From assembly GCA_013816505.1 (NCBI GenBank), contig JACDEG010000001.1, positions 1-55,871 on the forward strand: a stretch of DNA of 55,871 nucleotides, read 5' to 3'. The notes beneath the pieces were generated by a model, which did not search any database, was not told where the DNA came from, and saw nothing but the letters and a program-made list of their open reading frames with translations. The position numbers and the translations under genes are program-made. Origin of the DNA: Pyrinomonadaceae bacterium (GTDB lineage: Bacteria > Acidobacteriota > Blastocatellia > Pyrinomonadales > Pyrinomonadaceae). Shown in pieces: positions 9,823 to 18,788 of the stretch (position 1 is its first letter; each line of letters begins with the position of its first letter).

Positions 9823-10819
9823 GCTTCGCTGGAATCCACTCTTAGGCGAATGGGTCGCGACCGCGACGCACCGGCAGCAGCGGACGTTTCTGCCGCCCGC
9901 TGACTTTTGCCCGCTGTGCCCGACGAAGCCCGGCGGCTTTCCGACCGAAGTCCCCGAAAGCAGTTACGACATCGTCGTCTTCGAGAACCGCTTTCCATCC
10001 CTGCGCCCGAACCCTGAACCGCCGGCCATCGAAGGCACCGAGTTGTACCCGGTGCGCCCTTCGGCAGGCGTGTGCGAAGTGGTGCTCTATTCGCCGAACC
10101 ATACTTCGACGCTTGCCACCGAACCGGTCGAGCAGATTCATAAACTGGTCCAGGTGTGGACGGATCGCTTCCGCGAATTATCTGAACTGGAGTTCGTTGA
10201 TTACGTCTTCATCTTCGAGAACAAGGGCGAGGCAATCGGCGTGACACTGCACCACCCGCACGGCCAGATTTACGCTTACCCGTTCACGCCGCCGCGCGTC
10301 GCACGTCAAGTCGAACAGTCGCGCGCGCATTATGAAAAGACGAATCGCTATTTACTCTCCGACATCATCAACGAAGAGCGGCGCGACGGTCGGCGGATCA
10401 TCGCGGAGAACAGTTCTTTTGTCACCTACATCCCGTTCTTCGCGCGCTGGCCGTACGAGTTGCACATCGCGCCGCTGCGTCACGTGCAGGCGCTCACTGA
10501 TCTGACGGACGCGGAGCGGAAAGATATGGCTTCGATTTTAAAGGTGGTGCTGGTCGCGTTCGACGGTCTCTTCAATATTTCGCTCCCATACATGATGGTT
10601 TTATATCAGCGACCGAGCGACGGGAAAGATTATGACTACTACGGTTTTCATATCGAGTTCTTTCCGCCGCTCCGGGCTGCGAACCGTTTGAAATACCTTG
10701 CTGGCAGCGAAACCGGAGCGGGGATGTTCATCAACGACACGCTCGCCGAAGAGAAGGCCGCCGAGTTGCGTGCGCTCGTCAAGCCGGTTGCATGGAACAC
10801 AGAGAGGGCAGGCCGTTGA
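9815..10819 (+). CDS. galT: Galactose-1-phosphate uridylyltransferase
   Basis: The zinc motif is CPLCPTKPGG and the His-Pro-His active site is TLHHPHGQIYAYPF. LRWNPLLGEWV is typical of GalT. The gene lies immediately upstream of galK. Confidence 0.85.
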   Translation: MSELRWNPLLGEWVATATHRQQRTFLPPADFCPLCPTKPGGFPTEVPESSYDIVVFENRFPSLRPNPEPPAIEGTELYPVRPSAGVCEVVLYSPNHTSTLATEPVEQIHKLVQVWTDRFRELSELEFVDYVFIFENKGEAIGVTLHHPHGQIYAYPFTPPRVARQVEQSRAHYEKTNRYLLSDIINEERRDGRRIIAENSSFVTYIPFFARWPYELHIAPLRHVQALTDLTDAERKDMASILKVVLVAFDGLFNISLPYMMVLYQRPSDGKDYDYYGFHIEFFPPLRAANRLKYLAGSETGAGMFINDTLAEEKAAELRALVKPVAWNTERAGR

Positions 10820-11979
10820 TTGATCGAGTGAGACTCGCACGCACTTTCTATCAACGTTACGGACGCGAGCCGCGCCTGTTCCGCGCGCCGGGGCGGGTCA
10901 ATCTTATCGGCGAACACACCGACTATAACGACGGCTTTGTGCTGCCGATGGCGATTGACCGCGAAACCGTCATCGCTGGCGCGGCGCGCGACGACCGACG
11001 GGTGCGCGTCTATTCGTTGAACGCGGATGAAGCTGTGGAATTCGATCTTGACCATCCCGGCGAAAAGCAGCGCGGCATCTGGCTCGATTATGTCGAGGGC
11101 GTCGCGCAGAGCTTGCTGGGGCGCGGCGTCCGTTTGAAGGGCGCTGACCTCGCCGTGCTGTCGGACGTGCCGGTCGGCGCGGGACTGTCATCTTCGGCGG
11201 CGCTTGAAGTATCGGCGGGGTTGGCGTTCGTGTCGCTCTCGGATCAGCAACTGGATCGCGTGACGCTGGCGCTCGCCGGGCAGCAGGCCGAGCACGTTTA
11301 CGTCGGGACGATGTGCGGGATCATGGATCAGTTCGTCGCCGCGCTCGGGCGTGAGGGACACGCGCTGTTGATCGACTGCCGCTCGCTTGAAGCGACGCTC
11401 GTCCCGCTCGACACATCGGAGACGGCCATCGTTGTCTGCGACACCAACGTGAAACACGAGCTTTCGTCCTCCGAGTACAACGCGCGGCGCGCCGAGTGTG
11501 AACGCGGTGTCGAGATGCTCCGCGAAATGATGCCAGGAATACGCGCGCTGCGCGACGTGAGTGTGGCCGAGTTCGCACAACACGAAGAGCGTCTGCCCGA
11601 AACCATCCGGCGGCGCTGCCGTCACGTCGTGACAGAGAACGAGCGAACGCTCTCCGCCGCCCGCGCGTTGCAGGACGGCGACTTGAAAGAGATGGGGCGC
11701 TTGATGTACGCCTCGCATCGTTCGCTGCGCGACGACTACGAAGTGAGTTGCCGCGAGCTTGATGTGCTGGTGGAAATTGCCGAGAGTCTCGGCGGCGTGG
11801 TCGGCGCGCGAATGACCGGCGGCGGCTTCGGCGGCTGCACCGTCAACCTCGTGCGGCGTGAGGCACTTGGAGAGTTCGAGCAGGTAGTATCGCGAGAGTA
11901 CACGCGGGCGACCCATCTCAACCCGACCATCTACGTCTCCGAAGCAGGAGGCGGAGCAAAGGAGATAAAGGACTCTTAA
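10792..11979 (+). CDS. galK: Galactokinase
   Basis: The galactokinase signature GRVNLIGEHTDYNDGFVLPMAI is present. The GHMP loop is PVGAGLSSSAALEV, and MTGGGFGGC is also present. The start is uncertain: ATG 10792, or in-frame TTG 10816 overlapping the galT stop as TTGA. Confidence 0.9.
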   Translation: MEHREGRPLIDRVRLARTFYQRYGREPRLFRAPGRVNLIGEHTDYNDGFVLPMAIDRETVIAGAARDDRRVRVYSLNADEAVEFDLDHPGEKQRGIWLDYVEGVAQSLLGRGVRLKGADLAVLSDVPVGAGLSSSAALEVSAGLAFVSLSDQQLDRVTLALAGQQAEHVYVGTMCGIMDQFVAALGREGHALLIDCRSLEATLVPLDTSETAIVVCDTNVKHELSSSEYNARRAECERGVEMLREMMPGIRALRDVSVAEFAQHEERLPETIRRRCRHVVTENERTLSAARALQDGDLKEMGRLMYASHRSLRDDYEVSCRELDVLVEIAESLGGVVGARMTGGGFGGCTVNLVRREALGEFEQVVSREYTRATHLNPTIYVSEAGGGAKEIKDS

Positions 11980-12058
11980 GGGATGAGGGATGAAGGATGA
12001 GGGATGAATTAAAGCATGTGCGTTGCTTGTCATCAGTCATCACCGATCACTCATCATC
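11980..12058. repeat. Hairpin element C: arms of GGGATGA/AGGATGA heptamers (imperfect)
   Basis: gggatgagggatgaaggatgagggatgaa (11980-12008) faces tcatcagtcatcaccgatcactcatcatc (12030-12058). About 19 of 26 positions are complementary. It starts 1 nt after the galK stop. Confidence 0.6.
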
Positions 12059-12067
12059 ATTGTTTTT

Positions 12068-13162
12068 ATGAGAATCAAAGATGTGGCGCGTGAGGCGGGG
12101 GTTTCGACGGCGACCGTTTCACACGTCATCAACAAGACGAGGTTTGTTAGCGAGGAGATACGCGAGCGTGTGCTGCGTGCCGTCGAGCGCTGCAACTATT
12201 ACCCGAATGCGCACGCGCGGAGCCTCGCGTCGGGGCGCAGCCAAATCCTCGGTTTGTTAATCTCTGACATCTCGAACCCATTCTTCCCGGAACTGGTGAA
12301 GAGCATCGAAACGGCGGCCTCCGAGAGCGGCTACGAAGTCTTACTCTCCAACACGAACTACGACGTTGACCGCACGTCGAGCTTTGTGCGGCGCATGATC
12401 GAGCGCAAGGTGGCGGGCGTCGCGCTGATGACATCGGAATTAAACGTCGCGTTGATTGACGAACTCGCACGCCGCCACGTCTCGGTCGTCTTTCTCGACC
12501 TCGGCGCGCCGGGCGTGCGGATGAGCAACATCGCGGTCAACTACGAAGTCGGGATCGAAGAAGCAATGCGCCACTTGGTCGCGCTCGGCCATCAGAAAAT
12601 CGCATACATCGGCGGGCCGGAACATTTACGTTCGGCGGCGAAGCGGCGCGAAGCATTCGGCGACTACGTCTCAAAGCATCTGCGCGACGCACCACCGCCG
12701 TCGGTTTACGTCGGTGACTTTAAGCTCGACGGTGGGCGGCGGGCGGCGTGGGAGATGCTTGCGGTCGGAGAGATGCCGACGGCTATCGTCGCCGCGAACG
12801 ACATGATGTCGCTCGGCGCGATGCGCGAGTTGCGCGCCGCCGGGGTCAGCATCCCACGCGATGTGTCCATCATCGGCTTCGACGACATTGCGTTCGCGGC
12901 GCTGGCCGAGCCGCCGCTGACGACCATCTGTCTGCCGCGCGTCGAACTCGGACGCCGCGCCGTCGAAGCGCTGCTCGCGACCATCGAGCACCCGGAACAG
13001 GAAGGCGTCGAGATTCGACTCCCGACCTACCTTGTGATTCGCAACTCGACGGGGCCTGCGCGAACGGCTCCGACGAAAAAGGCTGTGCATCACAAAGTAA
13101 AAACAGAGGGTAAAGAAAGCGCGCGGCGCCCGCCGTCTTCAAGGACGAAGAAGCTAAATTGA
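12068..13162 (+). CDS. LacI-family transcriptional regulator
   Basis: The N-terminal HTH is MRIKDVAREAGVSTATVSHVINKTRFVSEEIRERV. A periplasmic-binding-protein-like sugar domain follows (ILGLLISDISNPFF, VAANDMMSLGAMREL, SIIGFDD). Confidence 0.9.
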   Translation: MRIKDVAREAGVSTATVSHVINKTRFVSEEIRERVLRAVERCNYYPNAHARSLASGRSQILGLLISDISNPFFPELVKSIETAASESGYEVLLSNTNYDVDRTSSFVRRMIERKVAGVALMTSELNVALIDELARRHVSVVFLDLGAPGVRMSNIAVNYEVGIEEAMRHLVALGHQKIAYIGGPEHLRSAAKRREAFGDYVSKHLRDAPPPSVYVGDFKLDGGRRAAWEMLAVGEMPTAIVAANDMMSLGAMRELRAAGVSIPRDVSIIGFDDIAFAALAEPPLTTICLPRVELGRRAVEALLATIEHPEQEGVEIRLPTYLVIRNSTGPARTAPTKKAVHHKVKTEGKESARRPPSSRTKKLN

Positions 13163-13240
13163 ACCGCACAACAATCGAAGGTCGAGCAGTGGCTTGTGTG
13201 CCAATCCTAATTCAGAACAATAGACGCTGAAACAATCCGC

Positions 13241-14842
13241 ATGAAAATCATCTCTACGTTATTTCGGGCATACGCCGCCGCGTTGTTGTTATTCACGGTT
13301 GGAGCTGTGGGTGCTTCGGCGCAACAGAGACCCGCATACACCAACCCGGCGGCGGCGGGCGATTACCCGGACCCGTCAGTGATTCGCGTCGGGCGGGATT
13401 ATTGGGCGACAGCGACTTCGTCGGAGTGGGCGCCGGAGTTTCCGATACTGCACTCGCGCGATTTGGTTAATTGGAACATTGTCGGCGCGGTCTTTCAAAA
13501 ACGTCCGGCGTGGTCGGTGGGAAATTACTGGGCGCCGGAGATTGCGCAGGATCGAGGGCGCTACTTCGTCTACTACACCGCGCGCAGGAAGGACGGGCCG
13601 CTGTGCGTCGCGGTCGCCACCGCCGGCAAACCATCGGGGCCGTACACGGATCGCGGCCCGCTCGTGTGCCAGGAGGTCGGCTCGATAGACGCTTTCCCGA
13701 TCAGGGATGAAACAGGACGACCATTCCTGGTGTGGAAGGAAGACGGCAACAGCGTGAAGAAGCCGACGCCGCTATGGGCGCAGAGACTCTCGCCGGACGG
13801 CACCAAGTTGATCGGCGAGCGGCAGGAGATTCTGCGCAACGACGCGCCGTGGGAAGCGCAGTTGATCGAAGGGCCGTACATCATGCGGCGCGACGGCTGG
13901 TTCTACATGTTCTATTCGGGCAACGCCTGCTGTGGTCGTGAATGCAACTACGCGCTTGGCGTCGCGCGCGCGCGCAAGCTGTTGGGGCCGTGGGAGAAGA
14001 ATCCGGCGAATCCCATTTTAAAAGGTAACGACGAGTGGAAATGTCCCGGTCACGGCAGCATCGTGCGAGACACGCGCGGGCGCGACTTTCTGATGTACCA
14101 CGCTTATCACCCGAAAGATTTTGTGTACGTCGGGCGTCAGGCGGTACTCGATCAAGTCGCCTGGGGTGCGGATGGGTGGCCGACTGTTAACGACGGCAAG
14201 GGGCCGAGCGGTCGGGCACTCGCGCCGCTCGGAGTCGCGGAGCGTAACGAGGAATATCAGTTCTTTGACGACTTCAACTCGCCGCGACTGGCGCCCGGCT
14301 GGCAGTGGCCGCAATCGAACGAACCGGTGTGGCGTGTCGAGACGGCTGGGCAAGGATGGCTCACGCTGACGCCGTCGAGCGGGCAGGGCGGCAATGTGGT
14401 CGGCGCCGTCGCCGCACACTTTACGACCGTGGGCGATTATGTCGCGACGACGGTTGTCGAGACGCGCGCGTTGAAACCGGGTGCGCTCGCCGGGCTGTCG
14501 GCATTTGGTGACAATGACAACGCGCTCGGCGTCGGCGTCGGGAGGGATGGCAGAGCTGTGCTGTGGCGACGAGAAAAGAACGAGCACCGCACAATGGCGA
14601 CGGTGGACGCGCCGAACACATCTTCGATCCATCTGCGGATGACGGCGCGTGGCGGCCACCGCTTTCAATTCGCGTTGAGCGGTGACGGCAAGACCTGGAC
14701 GGATGTGGGCGACGAATTGCGGGGCGAGTATCTGCCGCCGTGGGACAGGGGCGTCCGCGTCGCACTGACGACGGGCGGCACCGAGGGCGCGACGGGCCGG
14801 TTCGCGTCGCTGCGCATCGAACCCGCCAGCGATAATCAATAA
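13241..14842 (+). CDS. GH43 beta-xylosidase/alpha-L-arabinofuranosidase with C-terminal beta-sandwich domain
   Basis: A signal peptide is present. Motifs include GDYPDPSVIRVGRDYWATATS, NYWAPEIAQDRGRYFVYYTA and IEGPYIMRRDGWFYMFYSGNACCG. The C-terminal ~200 aa is LamG-like. It is a paralog of 18789..20426. Confidence 0.85.
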   Translation: MKIISTLFRAYAAALLLFTVGAVGASAQQRPAYTNPAAAGDYPDPSVIRVGRDYWATATSSEWAPEFPILHSRDLVNWNIVGAVFQKRPAWSVGNYWAPEIAQDRGRYFVYYTARRKDGPLCVAVATAGKPSGPYTDRGPLVCQEVGSIDAFPIRDETGRPFLVWKEDGNSVKKPTPLWAQRLSPDGTKLIGERQEILRNDAPWEAQLIEGPYIMRRDGWFYMFYSGNACCGRECNYALGVARARKLLGPWEKNPANPILKGNDEWKCPGHGSIVRDTRGRDFLMYHAYHPKDFVYVGRQAVLDQVAWGADGWPTVNDGKGPSGRALAPLGVAERNEEYQFFDDFNSPRLAPGWQWPQSNEPVWRVETAGQGWLTLTPSSGQGGNVVGAVAAHFTTVGDYVATTVVETRALKPGALAGLSAFGDNDNALGVGVGRDGRAVLWRREKNEHRTMATVDAPNTSSIHLRMTARGGHRFQFALSGDGKTWTDVGDELRGEYLPPWDRGVRVALTTGGTEGATGRFASLRIEPASDNQ

Positions 14843-14872
14843 TCTTGATTTTGAATCAGTGGAGAAACCGGA

Positions 14873-15904
14873 ATGATGAAATCATCGAATCATACTCGCC
14901 GACTCTCGACAATCGTCGGCATCCTCTTCGCCCTTGCGTCGCTGACGATGACGAGTTGTGTTAAGCAGGAAGGCGGCGGCGTCAGTGGAGTCAGCGGCGC
15001 GGGCGCGTCCGAAGTCGCGGGAATCAAGAAGGAAGGGAAGCTGGTGATCGGATTTGCGCAGATGGAGAACAACAATCCGTGGCGCATCGCCGAAACCAAC
15101 AGCTTCAGGGAAGAGGCGGCGAAGCGCGGACATGAGATCGTCGTCTCTGACGCGCAGGGTGACGCGGCCCGCCAAGTTAACAACGTCGAGGATTTGGTGA
15201 CGCGCCGGGTCGACGTCATTATGCTGCCGCCGCGCGAGTTCGAAGGTCTGTCGCCGGCTCTGAAGGCCGCGCGCGAGGCGAAGATTCCCGTCTTCCTGAT
15301 TGACCGCGAGGCCGCCGGCACGTCCGGTGAAGATTACGTCGCATTCATCGGCTCGAACTTTGTGCAGCAGGGTCAGCGCGCCGGCGAGTGGTTGATTAAT
15401 AAGACCGGCGGCAAGGCGAACATCGTCGAATTGCAGGGCACCTCCGGCGCTTCGGTGACGCGCGACCGCAAGCAGGGTTTCGCCGACGCGATCAGCAAAA
15501 GCCCTGACATGAAGATCATCGCTTCGCAGACCGCGAACTTCTCGCGCGCCGAAGGCCAGAAGGTGATGGAGACGATCATTCAGGCGCGCGGCAAAGAGAT
15601 CACCGCCGTCTACGCGCACAACGACGAGATGGCGATTGGCGCGATCCAAGCGTTAAAGGCCGCCGGGATGAAGCCGGGCACGGACGTGTTGGTGGTTTCG
15701 GTGGACGGCGAGAAGGATGCGCTGAAGGCGATTACCGCGGGTGAGATGAACGTGACCGTCGAGTCGAATCCGCGCCTCGGCCCGCTTGCCTTCGACACGC
15801 TGGAACGCTTCCGTCGCGGCGAAAAGATCGAACCTCGGATCATCATCCAGGATCGTTTGTTTGATTCGAGCAACGCCGCGCAGTTCGTCGATGAAGCGTA
15901 CTAA
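14873..15904 (+). CDS. ytfQ: Furanose-type sugar ABC transporter periplasmic binding lipoprotein (YtfQ-like)
   Basis: There is a lipoprotein-like LTMTSC signal. Long collinear similarity to E. coli YtfQ as I remember it includes VELQGTSGASVTRDRKQGFADAI, VYAHNDEMAIGAIQALKAAGMKPGTDVL and KIPVFLIDRE. Confidence 0.8.
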   Translation: MMKSSNHTRRLSTIVGILFALASLTMTSCVKQEGGGVSGVSGAGASEVAGIKKEGKLVIGFAQMENNNPWRIAETNSFREEAAKRGHEIVVSDAQGDAARQVNNVEDLVTRRVDVIMLPPREFEGLSPALKAAREAKIPVFLIDREAAGTSGEDYVAFIGSNFVQQGQRAGEWLINKTGGKANIVELQGTSGASVTRDRKQGFADAISKSPDMKIIASQTANFSRAEGQKVMETIIQARGKEITAVYAHNDEMAIGAIQALKAAGMKPGTDVLVVSVDGEKDALKAITAGEMNVTVESNPRLGPLAFDTLERFRRGEKIEPRIIIQDRLFDSSNAAQFVDEAY

Positions 15905-15907
15905 GAG

Positions 15908-15981
15908 AGGGGCCAGGGGTCAGGGGTCAGGGGCCGGTAAAAGCTGATCGTCTGACCCCCGGCTCCCGACCCCCGGCCCCT
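15908..15981. repeat. Hairpin element D: arms of AGGGGCC/AGGGGTC heptamers
   Basis: aggggccaggggtcaggggtcaggggccgg (15908-15937) faces ctgacccccggctcccgacccccggcccct (15952-15981). About 23 of 30 positions are complementary, and the mismatches are transitions. It starts 4 nt after the ytfQ stop. Confidence 0.75.
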
Positions 15982-15987
15982 AATTTT

Positions 15988-17550
15988 ATGATGACAAACG
16001 TTCCGCTGCTCCGCATGGAGGGCATCACGAAAATCTTCGGCGGGTATAAAGCGCTCGACGGCGTGGCCCTGACGCTTGAGCGTGGCGAGGTGCATGCGCT
16101 GGTTGGCGAGAACGGCGCGGGCAAGTCGACGCTGATCAAGATCATGACGGGCGCGTACGGGCGTGACGGCGGGCAGATGTGGCTGGATGGTCAGTCCGTC
16201 AATTTTCGCACGCCGGAAGACGCGCAGGGCGCGGGCGTGGTCGCCGTCTATCAGGAGGTGAATCTGCTCGCGTACCGCACGGTGGCCGAGAACATCTATC
16301 TCGGTCGCGAGCCGCGGCGCTTCGGCTTCGTCAACTGGAAAAAGATGAACGCCGACGCGCGCGAGATTCTCGAAAGACTCGGTTTGAACATCGATCCGCG
16401 CGCGACTCTGGGTAGTCTGAATATCGCGCTCAGGCAGATGGTCGCAATTGCGCGCGGCGTTTCGTTCAATGCGAAAGTCGTGGTGCTCGACGAGCCGACC
16501 AGTTCGCTGACGGAGCATGAAGTCTCGATCCTCTATGACGTGGTGCGAAGGTTGAAGGCGGAGGGCGTCGGCGTCGTCTACATCAGCCACCGTTTCGATG
16601 AGTTGTACACGGTCTGTGACCGCGTGACGGTATTGCGCGACGGACGGTTCGTCGCGACGCGCTCGCTCGCGGGGCTGGAGAAGATCGACCTGGTGTGCAT
16701 GATGCTCGGCAAGCGTCGCGAAGAGTTGCGGCAGGGCACGACCGCTTTCAGACACATCGAGCGGCGGGGTGATGAAGCGCCGTTGCTGCGCGCCGAAAAC
16801 CTGACGCGCGGGCGCAAGCTGAACGATGTGACAATCGAGGCCGCGCGCGGCGAGATCGTCGGGATGGCGGGCTTGCTCGGTTCCGGGCGGACGGAGACGG
16901 CGCGGGCGATTTTCGGTGCTGACCGCATTGAGCGGGGCGAGGTTTATCTCGAAGGCAAGCGTTTGAATCTGCGCACGCCCGGCGACGCGATTGACGCCGG
17001 ACTCGCCTTTCTCTCCGAAGACCGCAAGGCCGAGGGCATCATTCCGGAACTATCGGTGCGCGAGAATCTGACACTCGCCGCGCTACCCGCGCTCAGCAAA
17101 ATGGGGATTGTCAACAATGCACGTCAACGCGAGATCGTGGAAAAGTTTATGAAGCGGCTCGGCATCAAGGCGACGAGCGCTGACCAGAAGATTCGCGAGC
17201 TATCCGGCGGCAATCAACAGAAGGTGCTGCTCGCGCGATGGTTATGTAAGAATCCGAAGTTTTTAATTCTCGACGAACCGACGCGCGGCATCGACATCGG
17301 CGCGAAGGGTGAAATTCAGGCGCTCGTCGGCGAACTCGCCGAAGCTGGCCTCGGCGTGTTGATGATCTCGTCCGAGTTAGAGGAGTTGGTCGAAGGCAGT
17401 TCGCGCGTGCTGGTGATGCGTGACGGCGAGTGCGTCGCGGAGTTGCGCGGCAATCAGATTTCGCAGGACTCGATTATTCACGCGATGGCCGAGGGCAGCG
17501 CCGTCCAAGCTGACCAACATGTGGCGGACGACGTAAGTAAACAGTTTTGA
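15988..17550 (+). CDS. ytfR: Sugar ABC transporter ATP-binding protein, duplicated ATPase cassette (YtfR-like)
   Basis: Walker A is GENGAGKST. Signature motifs include LSGGNQQKVLLARWL, and Walker B is ILDEPTRGID. Two cassettes fit in 520 aa. Its position between ytfQ and ytfT homologs supports the call. Confidence 0.85.
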   Translation: MMTNVPLLRMEGITKIFGGYKALDGVALTLERGEVHALVGENGAGKSTLIKIMTGAYGRDGGQMWLDGQSVNFRTPEDAQGAGVVAVYQEVNLLAYRTVAENIYLGREPRRFGFVNWKKMNADAREILERLGLNIDPRATLGSLNIALRQMVAIARGVSFNAKVVVLDEPTSSLTEHEVSILYDVVRRLKAEGVGVVYISHRFDELYTVCDRVTVLRDGRFVATRSLAGLEKIDLVCMMLGKRREELRQGTTAFRHIERRGDEAPLLRAENLTRGRKLNDVTIEAARGEIVGMAGLLGSGRTETARAIFGADRIERGEVYLEGKRLNLRTPGDAIDAGLAFLSEDRKAEGIIPELSVRENLTLAALPALSKMGIVNNARQREIVEKFMKRLGIKATSADQKIRELSGGNQQKVLLARWLCKNPKFLILDEPTRGIDIGAKGEIQALVGELAEAGLGVLMISSELEELVEGSSRVLVMRDGECVAELRGNQISQDSIIHAMAEGSAVQADQHVADDVSKQF

Positions 17551-17725
17551 GTTTTGAGTTTTGAGTTTTCAGCCTGATGTCGGGATACATTTTGTCCCGG
17601 AGGGACATGTGACAATAGCGAGAGCGATTAATCACTGGGCTATTATCATTCAGTCCCTGCGGAACAATTTGAAAACTATCCAAACATCAGGCTCTCAGCT
17701 GAAAACTCAAAACTGAAAACTGTTT
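17539..17725. repeat. Hairpin element E: 187-nt nested rod, outer arms of AGTTTTG heptamers, distinct palindromic core
   Basis: aaacagttttgagttttgagttttgagttttcagcctgatgt (17539-17580) faces acatcaggctctcagctgaaaactcaaaactgaaaactgttt (17684-17725). The inner tgtcccggagggac...gacaatagc faces ggctattatc...gtccctgcggaaca. The ytfR stop (17548-17550) lies inside the left arm. Confidence 0.85.
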
Positions 17726-17743
17726 GATGGGGCGTGATGAACG

Positions 17744-18730
17744 ATGCAGCAGGCCACAGGAATTAACAGTACAGCGGCGGCGCGTGGCGGCGTGATGTCG
17801 AGCCTCGCGGCTTACGGGCCAACGTATGGCGCGCTGGCCGCGCTGGTGCTGCTGATCGTCTTTAACGCGATTTTCACACGCAACTTCGCGACGCCCGACA
17901 ATTTGTGGAATACGCTCCTGCAGATGACGCCGACGGCGCTGGTTGCCACCGGGATGACGCTGGTGATTGCGACCGGCGGCATTGATCTATCGGTCGGTTC
18001 GGTGATGGCGATTGCCTCGGCGCTCGCGGCCACGTTGATCGCGGGAGGGACGGGTGTCGGCGTCGCCGCGCTGCTCGCGCTCGCCGTGGCGTGCGGCTGC
18101 GGGGCGTTGAACGGCGCGCTCATCTCCGGCTTCCGCATTCAGCCGATCATCGTCACGCTCGCGCTGTTGATCGCGGGGCGCGGCGCGGCGCAGGTCATCA
18201 GCCAGGGCGGGCAGTTGATTCCGCTCAACAATCCGGCGTTCGGCTATCTGGGTCGGGGCTACGTCGGACCGGTGCCGGCGCAGGTGCTGATTATGATAGT
18301 GGTGGCGGTCGTCGCTGTGTTCGTGATGCGGCGGTCGAGTTTCGGGCGGTACGTCGTCGCGGTCGGCGGGAATGAAGCGGCGGCGCGTCTCGCCGGAATC
18401 AAGACGCATCGCACGAAGATTACGGTCTATGCCATCAGTGGGTTACTCGCCGGCATCGCGGGCTTGATCGAGACGGCGCGACTCGGCGCCAGCGACGCCG
18501 CGAAGGTCGGGCTGAACATCGAGCTTGACGCCATCGCGGCGGTCGTCGTTGGCGGCACTCCGTTGACCGGCGGGCGGGCGACCGTCGGCGGTACGATCAT
18601 CGGCGCGCTCATCATGCAGATCATTTCGATGACATTCATCATGAACGACATCAAATTCTCGTGGTCGCTAGTGCTCAAGGCGGCGATCATTCTCATCGCT
18701 GTTTATGTCCAGCGTCCGAAGGTCGCTTGA
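17744..18730 (+). CDS. ytfT: Sugar ABC transporter permease (YtfT-like)
   Basis: It is a multi-TM protein. GMTLVIATGGIDLSVGSVMAIAS and LDAIAAVVVGGTPLTGGRATVGGTIIGALI align with the remembered YtfT sequence. Confidence 0.8.
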   Translation: MQQATGINSTAAARGGVMSSLAAYGPTYGALAALVLLIVFNAIFTRNFATPDNLWNTLLQMTPTALVATGMTLVIATGGIDLSVGSVMAIASALAATLIAGGTGVGVAALLALAVACGCGALNGALISGFRIQPIIVTLALLIAGRGAAQVISQGGQLIPLNNPAFGYLGRGYVGPVPAQVLIMIVVAVVAVFVMRRSSFGRYVVAVGGNEAAARLAGIKTHRTKITVYAISGLLAGIAGLIETARLGASDAAKVGLNIELDAIAAVVVGGTPLTGGRATVGGTIIGALIMQIISMTFIMNDIKFSWSLVLKAAIILIAVYVQRPKVA

Positions 18731-18788
18731 CGCTCAGACCACGTCCGAATTACGTGCGGTAAGTTTACAGTCGGTTTCATATTCGATA

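Noticed and set aside
3449-16755. Several 250-290-aa minus-strand ORFs (3449..4294, 7787..8662, 11188..12033, 14018..14839, 14882..15649, 15901..16755)
   Set aside because: All lie antisense to well-supported plus-strand genes (GH43, GH2, galK, ytfQ, ytfR). Their composition is typical of GC-rich shadow frames.
17474-17683. 69-aa minus-strand ORF in the ytfR-ytfT gap
   Set aside because: It lies entirely within the nested hairpin element E. It has no RBS, and the sequence is explained by the palindrome.
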